This document shows, piece by piece, positions 55,274-64,000 of a stretch of 64,000 bases of DNA. The notes below the pieces were generated by a model that was not told the origin of the DNA, ran no database searches, and saw only the letters and a list, made by a program, of their open reading frames with translations. Position 1 is the first letter of the stretch. Each line of letters opens with the position of its first letter. The translations under genes and the position numbers were made by a program. Source of the DNA: Candidatus Caldarchaeales archaeon (GTDB taxonomy: Archaea > Thermoproteota > Nitrososphaeria_A > Caldarchaeales > Calditenuaceae); the NCBI GenBank assembly GCA_039630085.1, contig JBCNVM010000002.1:64001-128000 (forward strand). Direction: 5' to 3'.

Positions 55274-56650
55274 TCAGGTTCGCCTCACGTAGAACTCGGT
55301 CAGCTCCGAGACCGAACGGAGGTTCTCGACGTCCGTGGCGAGCCGGAGCAGCTGCCCGGAGCGCGAGGGGCCGAGCACGGGCTCCACGAGCCTCCTGAAC
55401 TTCTCAGCGAGCTGGCCGTCGGACATGGGGTTCCTGAAGTGGCCGGTCGGGTAGATGACCTCCTTGGATAGCGTCCGGCCGTCGGAGGTCCTCACGGTCA
55501 CCCTGTTCGGGACGGCGCCCGGGTAGATCTCGTCGTACTTGGGGTCGACCTCGACCCGCGTCTTGGAGATGACCTCGAGCAGCAGGGGGTCGCTGAGCTT
55601 CTCGTCGGTGTAGGAGTCGATCCAGATGTCGCCATCGATCAGGGTCCTCGCGGTGATGTAAGGGAGGCTGTGGTCTGCCGTCTCCCTGGTCCTCGGCCTC
55701 CACTTCTCCGGGTCCTTGACGATGATCTTGTGCGAGACCGTGAACGTGTGGATCTCCACGCCCGCGATCCTCCTCGGGTCCTGGACCTCCCTCTTCAGCT
55801 CGATCGCCGCCTCCACCGCCGACATCGAGTGGTACTCGACAGGCCACCTCTTGATGCTGGTCATCAGGGTCCTGAAGGGCTGGCCCTCCCTGCCTCCCAG
55901 GGACGGGAGCGCCGGGAAGGCCCCCGCTATCACCCTCCAGTAACCCATCTCGCCCTCGAAGATCGGAGCAGGGCCGGTTAACCCCTCCGCGGCCAGCATC
56001 GCCGCGAAGACGCCGTGCCGGGCCGCGTACGCCGCCGCGCAGCCCTTCCACATGCTCAACTCCCCCGCCCTAGTCTGCCTCAGGGCAGCCGCGTTGACGC
56101 CCGCGATGTTGATCGCCTGGACGGTTCTCCTGTGGTCCAGCCCGAGTATCTTCGCGGCCCCGGCGGCCGCGCCGAACGCGATGTTCGAGACGTGGTCGAA
56201 GCCCCTGTCCCTGAGGGTAGCCGTGTCGGCCAGTGCGAGGGCCACATCGTAACCAGCGACGATCGAGGTGACCAGTTCGCGGCCCGACGCGCCCACGTAC
56301 TCTGCCAGGCCGATCAGCCCCGGTATCATGTCGCTCGGGTGGAGCGCCTCCTTCGAGAGGTAGGTGTCGTTGAAGTCGAGGTACCTCACGGCGACGCCGT
56401 TGGAGAACGCGGCCATGTCCGGAGACACCTTCGTGCCTGAAGAGAGGAGCGTCGCCCCGCGCTCCGTCCTGTGCTTCTCCGCGACCCTCCTGGCGATCGC
56501 AACCGGTTCGGCGTCGATGGCGCCGTACATCACCGCCAGCGAGTCGACCAGCCTCCTGCTCACCTCCCTCCTCACCTCTGGCGTGAGGTCCCTGAACTCG
56601 AGTGAGGTCACGTACTCCGCTATCCTATCGGCAACGGACCTCTCCGACAT
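55274..56650 (-). CDS. prpD: MmgE/PrpD family 2-methylcitrate dehydratase
   Basis: RYLDFNDTY, HPSD, GFDHV, SMWKG, TRETADHSLPY, GHFRNPM. Confidence 0.9.
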   Translation of the reverse strand: MSERSVADRIAEYVTSLEFRDLTPEVRREVSRRLVDSLAVMYGAIDAEPVAIARRVAEKHRTERGATLLSSGTKVSPDMAAFSNGVAVRYLDFNDTYLSKEALHPSDMIPGLIGLAEYVGASGRELVTSIVAGYDVALALADTATLRDRGFDHVSNIAFGAAAGAAKILGLDHRRTVQAINIAGVNAAALRQTRAGELSMWKGCAAAYAARHGVFAAMLAAEGLTGPAPIFEGEMGYWRVIAGAFPALPSLGGREGQPFRTLMTSIKRWPVEYHSMSAVEAAIELKREVQDPRRIAGVEIHTFTVSHKIIVKDPEKWRPRTRETADHSLPYITARTLIDGDIWIDSYTDEKLSDPLLLEVISKTRVEVDPKYDEIYPGAVPNRVTVRTSDGRTLSKEVIYPTGHFRNPMSDGQLAEKFRRLVEPVLGPSRSGQLLRLATDVENLRSVSELTEFYVRRT

Positions 56651-56689
56651 CGGACCGTTCGCGGGTCAGGCTGAATAAATAAGCTCCGG

Positions 56690-57451
56690 TTAGCCCTCCT
56701 CCCTTCCCGGAGACGTGGAGTGGAACGTCCCGGTCGTCGTGTCGACGGAGACGATGGCCCTGAGGACGGCCCGGCCCACCCTGTCCACGTACGCCCTCAG
56801 TTGCTCGGCGTGGTGCATGGGGACGTGCTCGACGAGGTTGTCGCTGACGATCAGCGCCGCGCCTGACTTGACGCCCCTCATCATGCATATCCCGAAGATC
56901 GTGGCGCACTCCATCTCGACCGAGACGTAGCCCCTCGAGACCCACTTCCTCACGAAGTCGGGGTCCTCGGCGTAGAAGGCGTCGCTTGAGAAGACCGGAC
57001 CGATGTACGGCCTGATGCCCTTGGCCTCGAGCTCCTCGACGATCCGCTTCTGGACGTCGAAGCTCGGGACGGGCGTGATGTGTGCGTCGGTGACGTACTG
57101 GAGGAGGGGGCCGCTGACGTACGCTGCGCCCGTCGGAACGACCACGTCGCCTATCCTCATCCCTTTCAGGAAGGCACCGGTGGTCCCCAGCCTGACGATG
57201 ACTCTCGACCCGAGCATGATCAGCTCCTCGACCACGCCCGCGGTCGATGCGCCGCCGACGCCGTGGCAGGCTACCGTGACCGGGACGCCCTCGAACTTCC
57301 CGGTGTACGTGACGAAGCCCCTGCTCTCGTTGACGAGCCTCGCGTCCGAGAGGTGTTCAGCCAGCTGCCTCACCCTAGCGGGGTCGCCGACGACGACTGC
57401 CCTCTCGGCAATGGCCTCCCTCGGCGCCCTGATGAAGACCGGTTCCGGCAC
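56690..57451 (-). CDS. Nucleoside phosphorylase (PNP/UDP family 1)
   Basis: GDPARV, HGVGG, RLGTTG, SSDAFY, EMECA, VSD. Confidence 0.92.
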   Translation of the reverse strand: MPEPVFIRAPREAIAERAVVVGDPARVRQLAEHLSDARLVNESRGFVTYTGKFEGVPVTVACHGVGGASTAGVVEELIMLGSRVIVRLGTTGAFLKGMRIGDVVVPTGAAYVSGPLLQYVTDAHITPVPSFDVQKRIVEELEAKGIRPYIGPVFSSDAFYAEDPDFVRKWVSRGYVSVEMECATIFGICMMRGVKSGAALIVSDNLVEHVPMHHAEQLRAYVDRVGRAVLRAIVSVDTTTGTFHSTSPGREEG

Positions 57452-57482
57452 GACCTACCCAGCGAGAAGAGCGATATCAGCG

Positions 57483-58772
57483 TTATCGGATTGGACCCGC
57501 GCCCCTCTTCGTCTCCGTGACGAACTGCTCGACCTCCGTCGAGCCCTCCAGCGCCCTCGCGGAGACCTCGCCCCCGGTTATCACGTCGTAGAGCTTGTCG
57601 TAATAGTGGGTGCCTACGAAGGTCTGGTGCTTCGCCGCCCTGTAGCCGGACCTCTCCAGCTCGAACTCCCGCTCCTGGAGCTCCACGTAGGCCGGCATCG
57701 CCCTCTGCCTCAGCCCCCTCGCAAGCTCGAACATCGAGGCGTTGAGCGCGTGGAACCCGGCGAGCGTGATGAACTGGAACTTGTAGCCCATCCTGCCGAG
57801 CTCGTCCTGGAAGACCGCGATCTCATCGTCGGTGAGGGACTTCTTCCAGTTGAAGGACGGAGAGAGGTTGTACGCGAGCATCTTCTCGGGGTACCTGGAG
57901 AGGACCTCCTTCGCGAACTCCTTCGCGTCGCTGAGGCTGGGCCTCTTCGTCTCGAACCAGATCATCTCCGCGAGCGGAGCGACCTCGAGGGCCCTGTCGA
58001 TCGCGGCGTCGAGCCCTCCCCTGAACCTGAAGTACCCCTCGGGAGTCCTGTCGCCGTAGACGTACTTGCTGTCGACGTGGTCGTGGTCGCTCGTGACGTA
58101 CGACGCTCCCTCCGCGTCTGTGCGGGCTATCAGGACCATCGGGACGTCCAGGACGTCGGCCGCGAGCCTGGCAGCGACGAGCGTCCTCTTGAAGTTGCTG
58201 AGCGGCGCCAGGACCTTCCCGCCTAGGTGGCCGCACCTCCGCTCGGTCGGGTGCTGGTCCTCCAGATGCACCGAGGCGGCTCCGGCCTCCAGGAACGCGC
58301 TGACCAGCTCGAAGGCGTGAAGCGGTCCTCCGAACCCGGCCTCGCCGTCGGCGATCAGGGGGACGAAGTAGTCGGGGCCGCTCCTCCCCTCGAGGGCCCT
58401 GATCTGGTCAGCCCTCCGCAGTGCCTTCAGGATCCTCCTCACCAGTATGGGGCCGCTGTTGCTGGGGTAGAGACCTAGGTCCGGGTACGTCGATTGGGCC
58501 TCGTTGGCGTCCGCCGCGACCTGCCACCCGCTCACGTAGATCGCCTCGAAGCCCGCGTCGACCATCTGGACCGCCTGGCTGCCCGTGAGGGCTCCGGCCG
58601 CGAAGACGTACGGTCTGGTCCTGAGGAGGTTCCAGAACTTCTCCGAGAGAGCCTTCGCGATAACGCAAGTAGTGGGCCAGCTGCCCCTCAGCAGCTTAAC
58701 GTCCTCGAAGGCGTAGGGCCTCTCGATCCCGCGCCACCGCTCTCCCTTCCAGCCCTCAGCCATGTCCATCAC
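57483..58772 (-). CDS. aceA: Isocitrate lyase
   Basis: IYVSGWQVAAD, YPD..LYP, ADGEAGFGG, HLEDQ, RRCGHLGGK, IARTDA, WFET, YNLSPSFNW, QFITLAG. Confidence 0.95.
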   Translation of the reverse strand: MMDMAEGWKGERWRGIERPYAFEDVKLLRGSWPTTCVIAKALSEKFWNLLRTRPYVFAAGALTGSQAVQMVDAGFEAIYVSGWQVAADANEAQSTYPDLGLYPSNSGPILVRRILKALRRADQIRALEGRSGPDYFVPLIADGEAGFGGPLHAFELVSAFLEAGAASVHLEDQHPTERRCGHLGGKVLAPLSNFKRTLVAARLAADVLDVPMVLIARTDAEGASYVTSDHDHVDSKYVYGDRTPEGYFRFRGGLDAAIDRALEVAPLAEMIWFETKRPSLSDAKEFAKEVLSRYPEKMLAYNLSPSFNWKKSLTDDEIAVFQDELGRMGYKFQFITLAGFHALNASMFELARGLRQRAMPAYVELQEREFELERSGYRAAKHQTFVGTHYYDKLYDVITGGEVSARALEGSTEVEQFVTETKRGAGPIR

Positions 58773-58932
58773 ACATCATCCAACCCGTTGATATAACCAT
58801 TTACGACCCGTTCGCTAGAACTTACCTTTTCAACCTGATCCTATACCTTGCTTAAGACCATCGATTCCAACGCGTTACGTGTCCTAACGTTAATCGTAAA
58901 GCAGGATATGCCGGTGGGACGGAATCCTTCGA

Positions 58933-59571
58933 TCACTTGAGAGGGTTCTCCTTGAGGTACCTTTTGATGACGTAGACCGAGACGAGCAGGAGGAGGATCG
59001 TAACCGCGACGTTCACGGGGAACGGGAACCAGAGGGAGGGAGTAGTGATCAGGGAGATCGCTGCGAGCGTCGTCGGGAGGAGGAAGAAGAGGAGCGCGAC
59101 GAAGAAGAGGTCGTAGAGCCTCGAGGAGACGAGCTGCGCGACGGAGTCCAACCAGCTGTCCTTGACCGGAGCGTCCACTGGCTGGGTCTGAAGGGTCGTC
59201 ACTAGGTCGGCGAAGAGCTTGCCGTCGGAGGAGTACACGCCGTCGGAGGAGACGAAGGCCACGTTCCTGTCGCCCGACCTGATCACGATCATGCTGGAGG
59301 TCGGCACGGCCTCGAAGCCGTGCATCTTGGCGACCCTCGTCACGGCCCTTATCGTGGCGTCGCTGATCTTGATGCCGAGCTTAGGGTCCGAGTATCCGAC
59401 CACTATCGGGTACACGGAGGCCACCTTGTTCACCGTGAACCGCTCGTCCCTGAACGTCGGTGCTTCCTTCATGATCGCGGTCGGGGACGCGCCTTGGGAG
59501 AGCTGGGACCGCACCCAGTCGACGGCCTTCTCGAAGGCCTCGGACATTTCGTCGTCTCGGGATCCGGCCAT
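58933..59571 (-). CDS. Hypothetical protein with two C-terminal TM helices
   Basis: 212-aa ORF with host-like codons, divergent from nuoA. Confidence 0.65.
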   Translation of the reverse strand: MAGSRDDEMSEAFEKAVDWVRSQLSQGASPTAIMKEAPTFRDERFTVNKVASVYPIVVGYSDPKLGIKISDATIRAVTRVAKMHGFEAVPTSSMIVIRSGDRNVAFVSSDGVYSSDGKLFADLVTTLQTQPVDAPVKDSWLDSVAQLVSSRLYDLFFVALLFFLLPTTLAAISLITTPSLWFPFPVNVAVTILLLLVSVYVIKRYLKENPLK

Positions 59572-59605
59572 TAATTTTAACGTTCTTTTACAAAGGGTAT
59601 CCCTA

Positions 59606-59628
59606 AATTGCCCTGATCACGGGCAATT
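59606..59628. promoter_or_regulatory. Perfect 8-bp inverted repeat, candidate operator
   Basis: AATTGCCC-TGATCAC-GGGCAATT ending 4 nt before the nuoA ATG. Confidence 0.55.
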
Positions 59629-59632
59629 CGAG

Positions 59633-60013
59633 ATGGCTGCGCCTCCGGAGCAGCTGTGGTTCCTCTGGGACCCCTTCATCTTGTACGTGATACTAGTGCT
59701 TCTGGCGCCCGACGCGTTCTACATCGTCTCGTGGCTGATCTCGCCCAGAAGGTCCTCCAGGGTGAAGAGGATGGCCTTCGAGTCGGGCCAGGCGCCCATC
59801 AGGTCGGCGATAGGCTCGTTCCCCGTCGAGTACTTCCCGTACGTCATCATTTACGTCGCCTACGCCGTCGTGGCCATCCTGGTCTTCGTCTCGCTGGTCT
59901 CCGTTGTGGAGACCGGGGTCACGCCGCTGGTGCTCCTGCTGCTCGTCCTCGCGACCGTCGCTTCGTTCTACGCGAGCTCTCAGCTGAAGGAAGTGGTGGG
60001 GAGGAGGGGTTGA
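59633..60013 (+). CDS. nuoA: NADH-quinone oxidoreductase subunit A-like
   Basis: Three TMs, LISPRR...K..AFESG..P loop, EYFPY. Confidence 0.75.
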   Translation: MAAPPEQLWFLWDPFILYVILVLLAPDAFYIVSWLISPRRSSRVKRMAFESGQAPIRSAIGSFPVEYFPYVIIYVAYAVVAILVFVSLVSVVETGVTPLVLLLLVLATVASFYASSQLKEVVGRRG

Positions 60014-60017
60014 GGGG

Positions 60018-61070
60018 ATGATCGACCTGATCGCGCAGCAGCTCTCGGCCGCGCCCGAGCCGATCAAAACGCTCCTCACCTGGGTCTTCTCCGACGCCTT
60101 CATCAAGGCCGCGATATTCCCGGGAGCGCTCTTCAGCACGATACTCGGGATGTTCGCCGTTTGGTACGAGAGGAAGCTCCTCGCGAGGGTGATGCTCAGG
60201 GTCGGGCCGCTCCATGTGGGGAAGGTCTCGGGCGTGCTGCAGCTGATAGCCGACGCGGTCAAGTTCCTCGCGAAGGAGCCGATAACCCCCTCCTCCGCCA
60301 TCAAGCCCCTCTTCTGGACGATGCCCTCCGCGGCCCTCCTGCTCTCCCTGCTGCTCTTCGCGTTCCTCCCCTTCGGAGCCGGCTGGATCATCTATCCGAG
60401 CGAGATCGGCCTCCTGCTCTTCTTCGCGGTGATAGCGGTCTCGCCGATCCCGATACTGCTGGCCGCCTACGCCTCCGGTAGCAAGTACCCGCTGATAGGG
60501 CTGACAAGGATGGCCCTTCAGCTCTTCGGCTACGAGGTCCCCCTCTTCCTCGCGCTCGCGGGTGTGGTGCTGATGGCCGGGTCGTTCAACATAGAGAAGA
60601 TCGTGGAGGCCCAGTCCAAGGCGCCCTTCGTCCTCCCGCAGTTCATCGGGTTCGTCGTCTTCTTCACGGCGGTCCTGGCTGAGACCGAGAGGGTGCCCTT
60701 TGACATCCCGACCGCTGAGGGCGAGATCGTCTTCGGGTGGCAGACCGAGTACTCCGGGGCCCACTTCGTCGTCTTCCAGCTTGCGATGTACGAGAAGGCG
60801 CTGGCCCTCTGCGTCCTCGGGGCGCTCCTCTACCTCGGAGGGTGGCACGGACCTCCGATCCCGTTCCTTCCCGAGACGGTCGCCGCGCCGTTCTGGGTGA
60901 TCGTCAAGGCGCTGATCCTCTTCACGCTGATGGTGCTGATCAGGGGAGCCTACCCGAGGCTCTCGATCGACAGGGTGCTGGACGTAGGGTGGAGGTATCT
61001 GATACCGCTGGCGCTGCTGAACCTGTTGGTCGCGGGCACGATCGTCTACCTCTCGGAGACCCTGGCCTGA
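60018..61070 (+). CDS. nuoH: NADH-quinone oxidoreductase subunit H
   Basis: ERKLLAR...RVGP, LQLIADAVK...KE, SKYPLIG, YEVP, ETERVPFD, EYSG, PRL. Confidence 0.93.
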   Translation: MIDLIAQQLSAAPEPIKTLLTWVFSDAFIKAAIFPGALFSTILGMFAVWYERKLLARVMLRVGPLHVGKVSGVLQLIADAVKFLAKEPITPSSAIKPLFWTMPSAALLLSLLLFAFLPFGAGWIIYPSEIGLLLFFAVIAVSPIPILLAAYASGSKYPLIGLTRMALQLFGYEVPLFLALAGVVLMAGSFNIEKIVEAQSKAPFVLPQFIGFVVFFTAVLAETERVPFDIPTAEGEIVFGWQTEYSGAHFVVFQLAMYEKALALCVLGALLYLGGWHGPPIPFLPETVAAPFWVIVKALILFTLMVLIRGAYPRLSIDRVLDVGWRYLIPLALLNLLVAGTIVYLSETLA

Positions 61071-61412
61071 TCAGCCTCCCTTGAGCCTCTTCAGCCTGAA
61101 CTCAATCCCAACCGAGATTATATTGGCCCTCGAGATCGAGTAGACCGCCTGCTGGACCAAGAGGCCGTGGTCGATGTCGTCGAGCCTGCCGTTGGACTCG
61201 GAGACCCTCCTGTCCATCTCCCTGACGTTGTTGACTAAGTCCCTCAGCCCCGAGAGCTCCGACATCAGCTCCTCCCTCTCGAGCGCCCTGACCCGCTCCG
61301 AGGCGTTCCTGACGAACCCGTAGTCGTCGGTCTCGACGAACGCCCTCAGGTCCGAGATCACCAGCCTCAGCTGCTCCCAGGCCTCGCGGAGCGCCCTCTC
61401 CCCCAGCGGCAT
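61071..61412 (-). CDS. Helical hypothetical protein
   Basis: MPLGERALREAWEQ...IEFRLKRLKGG; start moved from the ORF track. Confidence 0.7.
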   Translation of the reverse strand: MPLGERALREAWEQLRLVISDLRAFVETDDYGFVRNASERVRALEREELMSELSGLRDLVNNVREMDRRVSESNGRLDDIDHGLLVQQAVYSISRANIISVGIEFRLKRLKGG

Positions 61413-61504
61413 CGCCGTGAGCTCTGCGCGGTGGTATTTGAGCCGCTCACGATCCCGCGCCCCTGAACCGTTTTTTAGATGGCCGCCCGCAGGCCGGGAA
61501 GGCG

Positions 61505-62362
61505 ATGTCGGCGACGGCGCTGCTGAGGCCCAGGGAGAGGAAGTCGAGGGAGATCGAGCTCCTCGCGGAGCTGATGTCCTCGAACCCGGTCGTGATGGTG
61601 CTGGACCTGACAAGGACCAGCGCGAACGTCCTCCACGGCTTCAGGGGCAAGGTCAAAGGGACCGCGACCGTTAGGGTGACGAAAAAGAACCTCGCCGTCA
61701 AGGCGGCCGAGAGGGTGGGGAGAAGGGCGCTGGCGGAGCTCCTCTCGGGGCTGAAGCACCCGGTCGGGCTCGTGCTCTCTCCGAAGAACCCGTTCCTCCT
61801 GAAGCTGGACGTCGACGCCAGCAGGATCCTCACGCCGCCTAAGGCCGGAGAGGTGGCGGACATCGACGTGACGGTCCCGGAGATGAACACAGGAATACCG
61901 CCGGGGCCGATCCTCTCGGAGTTCGGGAAGCTCAGGATACCGACGAAGATCGAGGGAGGGACGATCTGGATCGCGAGGGAGACGGTCGTCGCGAAGAGGG
62001 GCGACGCGATATCGCCGGCCCTCGCCAGCCTCCTCAACAAGCTGGACATCCCCGCGGTCTACAGGGGCCTCAACGTCGTCGCCGCGGTGGACGGGGAGAC
62101 GGTGATCCCCGGCGACCAGCTCGCCCTGGACTTCGAGGCGGTGAGGAGGGACGTGGCGTCGTGCCACTCGACAGCGAGGGCGCTCCTGATCGAGCTCGGA
62201 ATCCCCGAGCCCGATGTGATCGCGGACCTCCTGGCGGCTGCCCACGTGAGGGCGATGCGGGTCGCGGCCGAGGCCGGTTACGTCACGCCGGACACGGTCG
62301 CTTCAGTCCTACAGAGGGCCGAGGCGCAGGCGAGGGCGCTGGCGGCGGCTATCGGCCAGTGA
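61505..62362 (+). CDS. rpl10: 50S ribosomal protein L10 (P0)
   Basis: VTKKNL, NPFLL, KAGEVA, NTGIPPGP, IPTKIEGGTI. Confidence 0.93.
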   Translation: MSATALLRPRERKSREIELLAELMSSNPVVMVLDLTRTSANVLHGFRGKVKGTATVRVTKKNLAVKAAERVGRRALAELLSGLKHPVGLVLSPKNPFLLKLDVDASRILTPPKAGEVADIDVTVPEMNTGIPPGPILSEFGKLRIPTKIEGGTIWIARETVVAKRGDAISPALASLLNKLDIPAVYRGLNVVAAVDGETVIPGDQLALDFEAVRRDVASCHSTARALLIELGIPEPDVIADLLAAAHVRAMRVAAEAGYVTPDTVASVLQRAEAQARALAAAIGQ

Positions 62363-64000
62363 CCTCCTTTATCGCGCCGACGACCTTCCCGTAGAGCTCG
62401 CCGACCTTCAGGCCGTAGGCCTTGAAGCTCAGCTGCCTGAGGCCCGCCTCGACGACGTTGGCGCCCAGAGAGTCCCTCAGCGCGCCGGAGAGTCTCTCTA
62501 AGTCGAGGCCGGCAGACACGGCCTGCCTGTTGAAGGAGATCCACGCCCTGATCGCCTGCCCCTCATGCCTGAAGAGGACGACCACGGTCGGTTCCTGGAC
62601 GTTGTTGACCGTCTGGAGCATCTCGGAGACGAGGTCGTCGTTCCTGGTCCGCAGGTAGTCGAAGACCACCTTCACGCCCTTCACAGTCTCCTCCTTCTGG
62701 TACCTCCTGAGGTCGAGCCAGAGCCTAGCAGCTAGGGCGTAGTGGGACCTGACGCTCGACCTGAGCGACTCGGGGTCTCCGGGGACCTCGGACTCGACCT
62801 GCTCGAGGAACTTCTCCGCGTATAGCTTCAGCTCCCTGTTCTCGCTCCTCAGGCTCTCGAGCTCGCCGCTCAGCTCCGCAACTTGGGACTGGACGTACTC
62901 GAGCGCGGCCGGGCCCGCGGCGAACTCGATCCTCACGACGCCGTCCGCGATCTTCTCGGTCCCTATCACCCTGATGAACCCGACCTCGGCGGTGTTGCTG
63001 CAGTGCGTCCCCCCGCAGGCCTCCGCGTCCCACCCGGGTATGTTCACGACCCTCACGATCCCTGCGGGTGCCTCGCCGCCTTGGTAGAGGGTGAAACCGA
63101 AGGTCCGGTCCGCGACGTTCCTGTGGAGCCAGCTCACCTCGACCGGCAGCCTCCTCGCGACGACCTCGTTGGCGACCCTCTCGATCCTCCTCACCTCCTC
63201 CTCGGTGAGGGCCCTGTAGTGGCTTACGTCGAGCCTGGCCCTCCTCTCCTCCTTCCTCGCGCCCATCTGCCACGCGTGCCTTCCGAGGACCCTCCTCACG
63301 GTCCCGATCAGGACGTGGGTCGCGGTGTGGTGCCTCATGATGCTCAGCCTCCTCTCCCTGTCGACCCTGCCCCTCACGACCTCGCCCGCCTTCGGGAGCG
63401 GGCCCTCGACGAAGTGGACGATCACGCCGTCGTAGGACTGGACGTCTACGACCCTGCAGCTCCCGGAGCCGTGCTCGATCACGCCGGTGTCCGCGACCTG
63501 TCCCCCGCCCTCTGCGTAGAAGCACGTCGCGTCCAGGACGACCATCCCCCTCTCGGCCGCGAGGACCCTCGCCTCGAAGTCGGTCCTGTACTGGTCGGCG
63601 TAGTAGAGCCTCTCGGTCTGGGGGAGCGACTTCGCCAGCGCGGCGGCCATAATGTCCCTCTGGTCGGCCATCTCGGACTTGGGTGACTCGGAGACGTGCA
63701 TGCTCGCGACGATCTCCTGGACGTTCTCCGGAGCTTCGACCTCGACGCCCCACTTCGCCGCGACCTCCCTCACCAAGTCAGGGGGGAGGCCCCTCTCGTC
63801 GTAGAGCCTGATCATCGTCTCGGTCGTCACCTTGCCTCCGGTGGACTTGAGCTCCCTCATCGCCCTATCGAGGAAAGCGGTGCCCCTCGCGAGGGTCTCG
63901 TTGAACCTCTTCACCTCGTAGTCGACCAGCTCGAGGACATCGTCGCGGGCCTCAGCGAGCTGCTTGAACCTCCTCCCCCAGTGCCTCAGCTGGACATCGA
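62349..64000 (-). CDS. alaS: Alanyl-tRNA synthetase (5' end outside window)
   Basis: LYDERGLPP, TCFYAEGGGQVAD, RHHTATH, LYQGG, EACGGTH, GVVRIEF. Confidence 0.95.
   Translation of the reverse strand, partial: DVQLRHWGRRFKQLAEARDDVLELVDYEVKRFNETLARGTAFLDRAMRELKSTGGKVTTETMIRLYDERGLPPDLVREVAAKWGVEVEAPENVQEIVASMHVSESPKSEMADQRDIMAAALAKSLPQTERLYYADQYRTDFEARVLAAERGMVVLDATCFYAEGGGQVADTGVIEHGSGSCRVVDVQSYDGVIVHFVEGPLPKAGEVVRGRVDRERRLSIMRHHTATHVLIGTVRRVLGRHAWQMGARKEERRARLDVSHYRALTEEEVRRIERVANEVVARRLPVEVSWLHRNVADRTFGFTLYQGGEAPAGIVRVVNIPGWDAEACGGTHCSNTAEVGFIRVIGTEKIADGVVRIEFAAGPAALEYVQSQVAELSGELESLRSENRELKLYAEKFLEQVESEVPGDPESLRSSVRSHYALAARLWLDLRRYQKEETVKGVKVVFDYLRTRNDDLVSEMLQTVNNVQEPTVVVLFRHEGQAIRAWISFNRQAVSAGLDLERLSGALRDSLGANVVEAGLRQLSFKAYGLKVGELYGKVVGAIKEVTGR

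Noticed and set aside
61071-61412. C-terminal GG protein as a ubiquitin-like/SAMP modifier
   Set aside because: Sequence looks all-helical rather than beta-grasp; no E1, E2 or JAMM neighbours
1-64000. CRISPR arrays, IS elements, rRNA genes, inteins
   Set aside because: No spaced direct repeats, transposase motifs, rRNA blocks or oversized insertions noticed on manual reading

Overview
64 kb of a GC-rich, gene-dense archaeal chromosome. Gene content (Spt5, L30e, TFS, DGGGP synthase, class I HMG-CoA reductase, intron-containing tRNAs, aerobic-heterotroph enzymes) points to a TACK archaeon, probably Aigarchaeota/Caldarchaeales (inference). It holds about 60 mostly housekeeping or metabolic CDSs, two intron-containing tRNAs (Pro-UGG, Gln-UUG), RNase P RNA, a candidate C/D-box guide RNA and a HEPN-MNT pair with a nonsense-disrupted toxin. 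I saw no CRISPR array, integrase or transposase. Highlights: (1) a single-pass membrane protein linking an extracellular Ig-like head and long His/Tyr-core coiled coil to a cytoplasmic AbrB-type DNA-binding domain; (2) a tRNA-Pro intron that is a near-exact tandem copy of its own 5' exon; (3) a methanogen-type SerRS; (4) a PIG-N-like membrane phosphotransferase next to a GAA1-like degenerate M28 protein; (5) a ZnuA-ZnuB fusion lacking its His metal ligands; (6) an ICL with RRCGH in a methylcitrate cluster. All calls come from reading motifs by eye, without database searches. Several start sites were adjusted from the ORF track.
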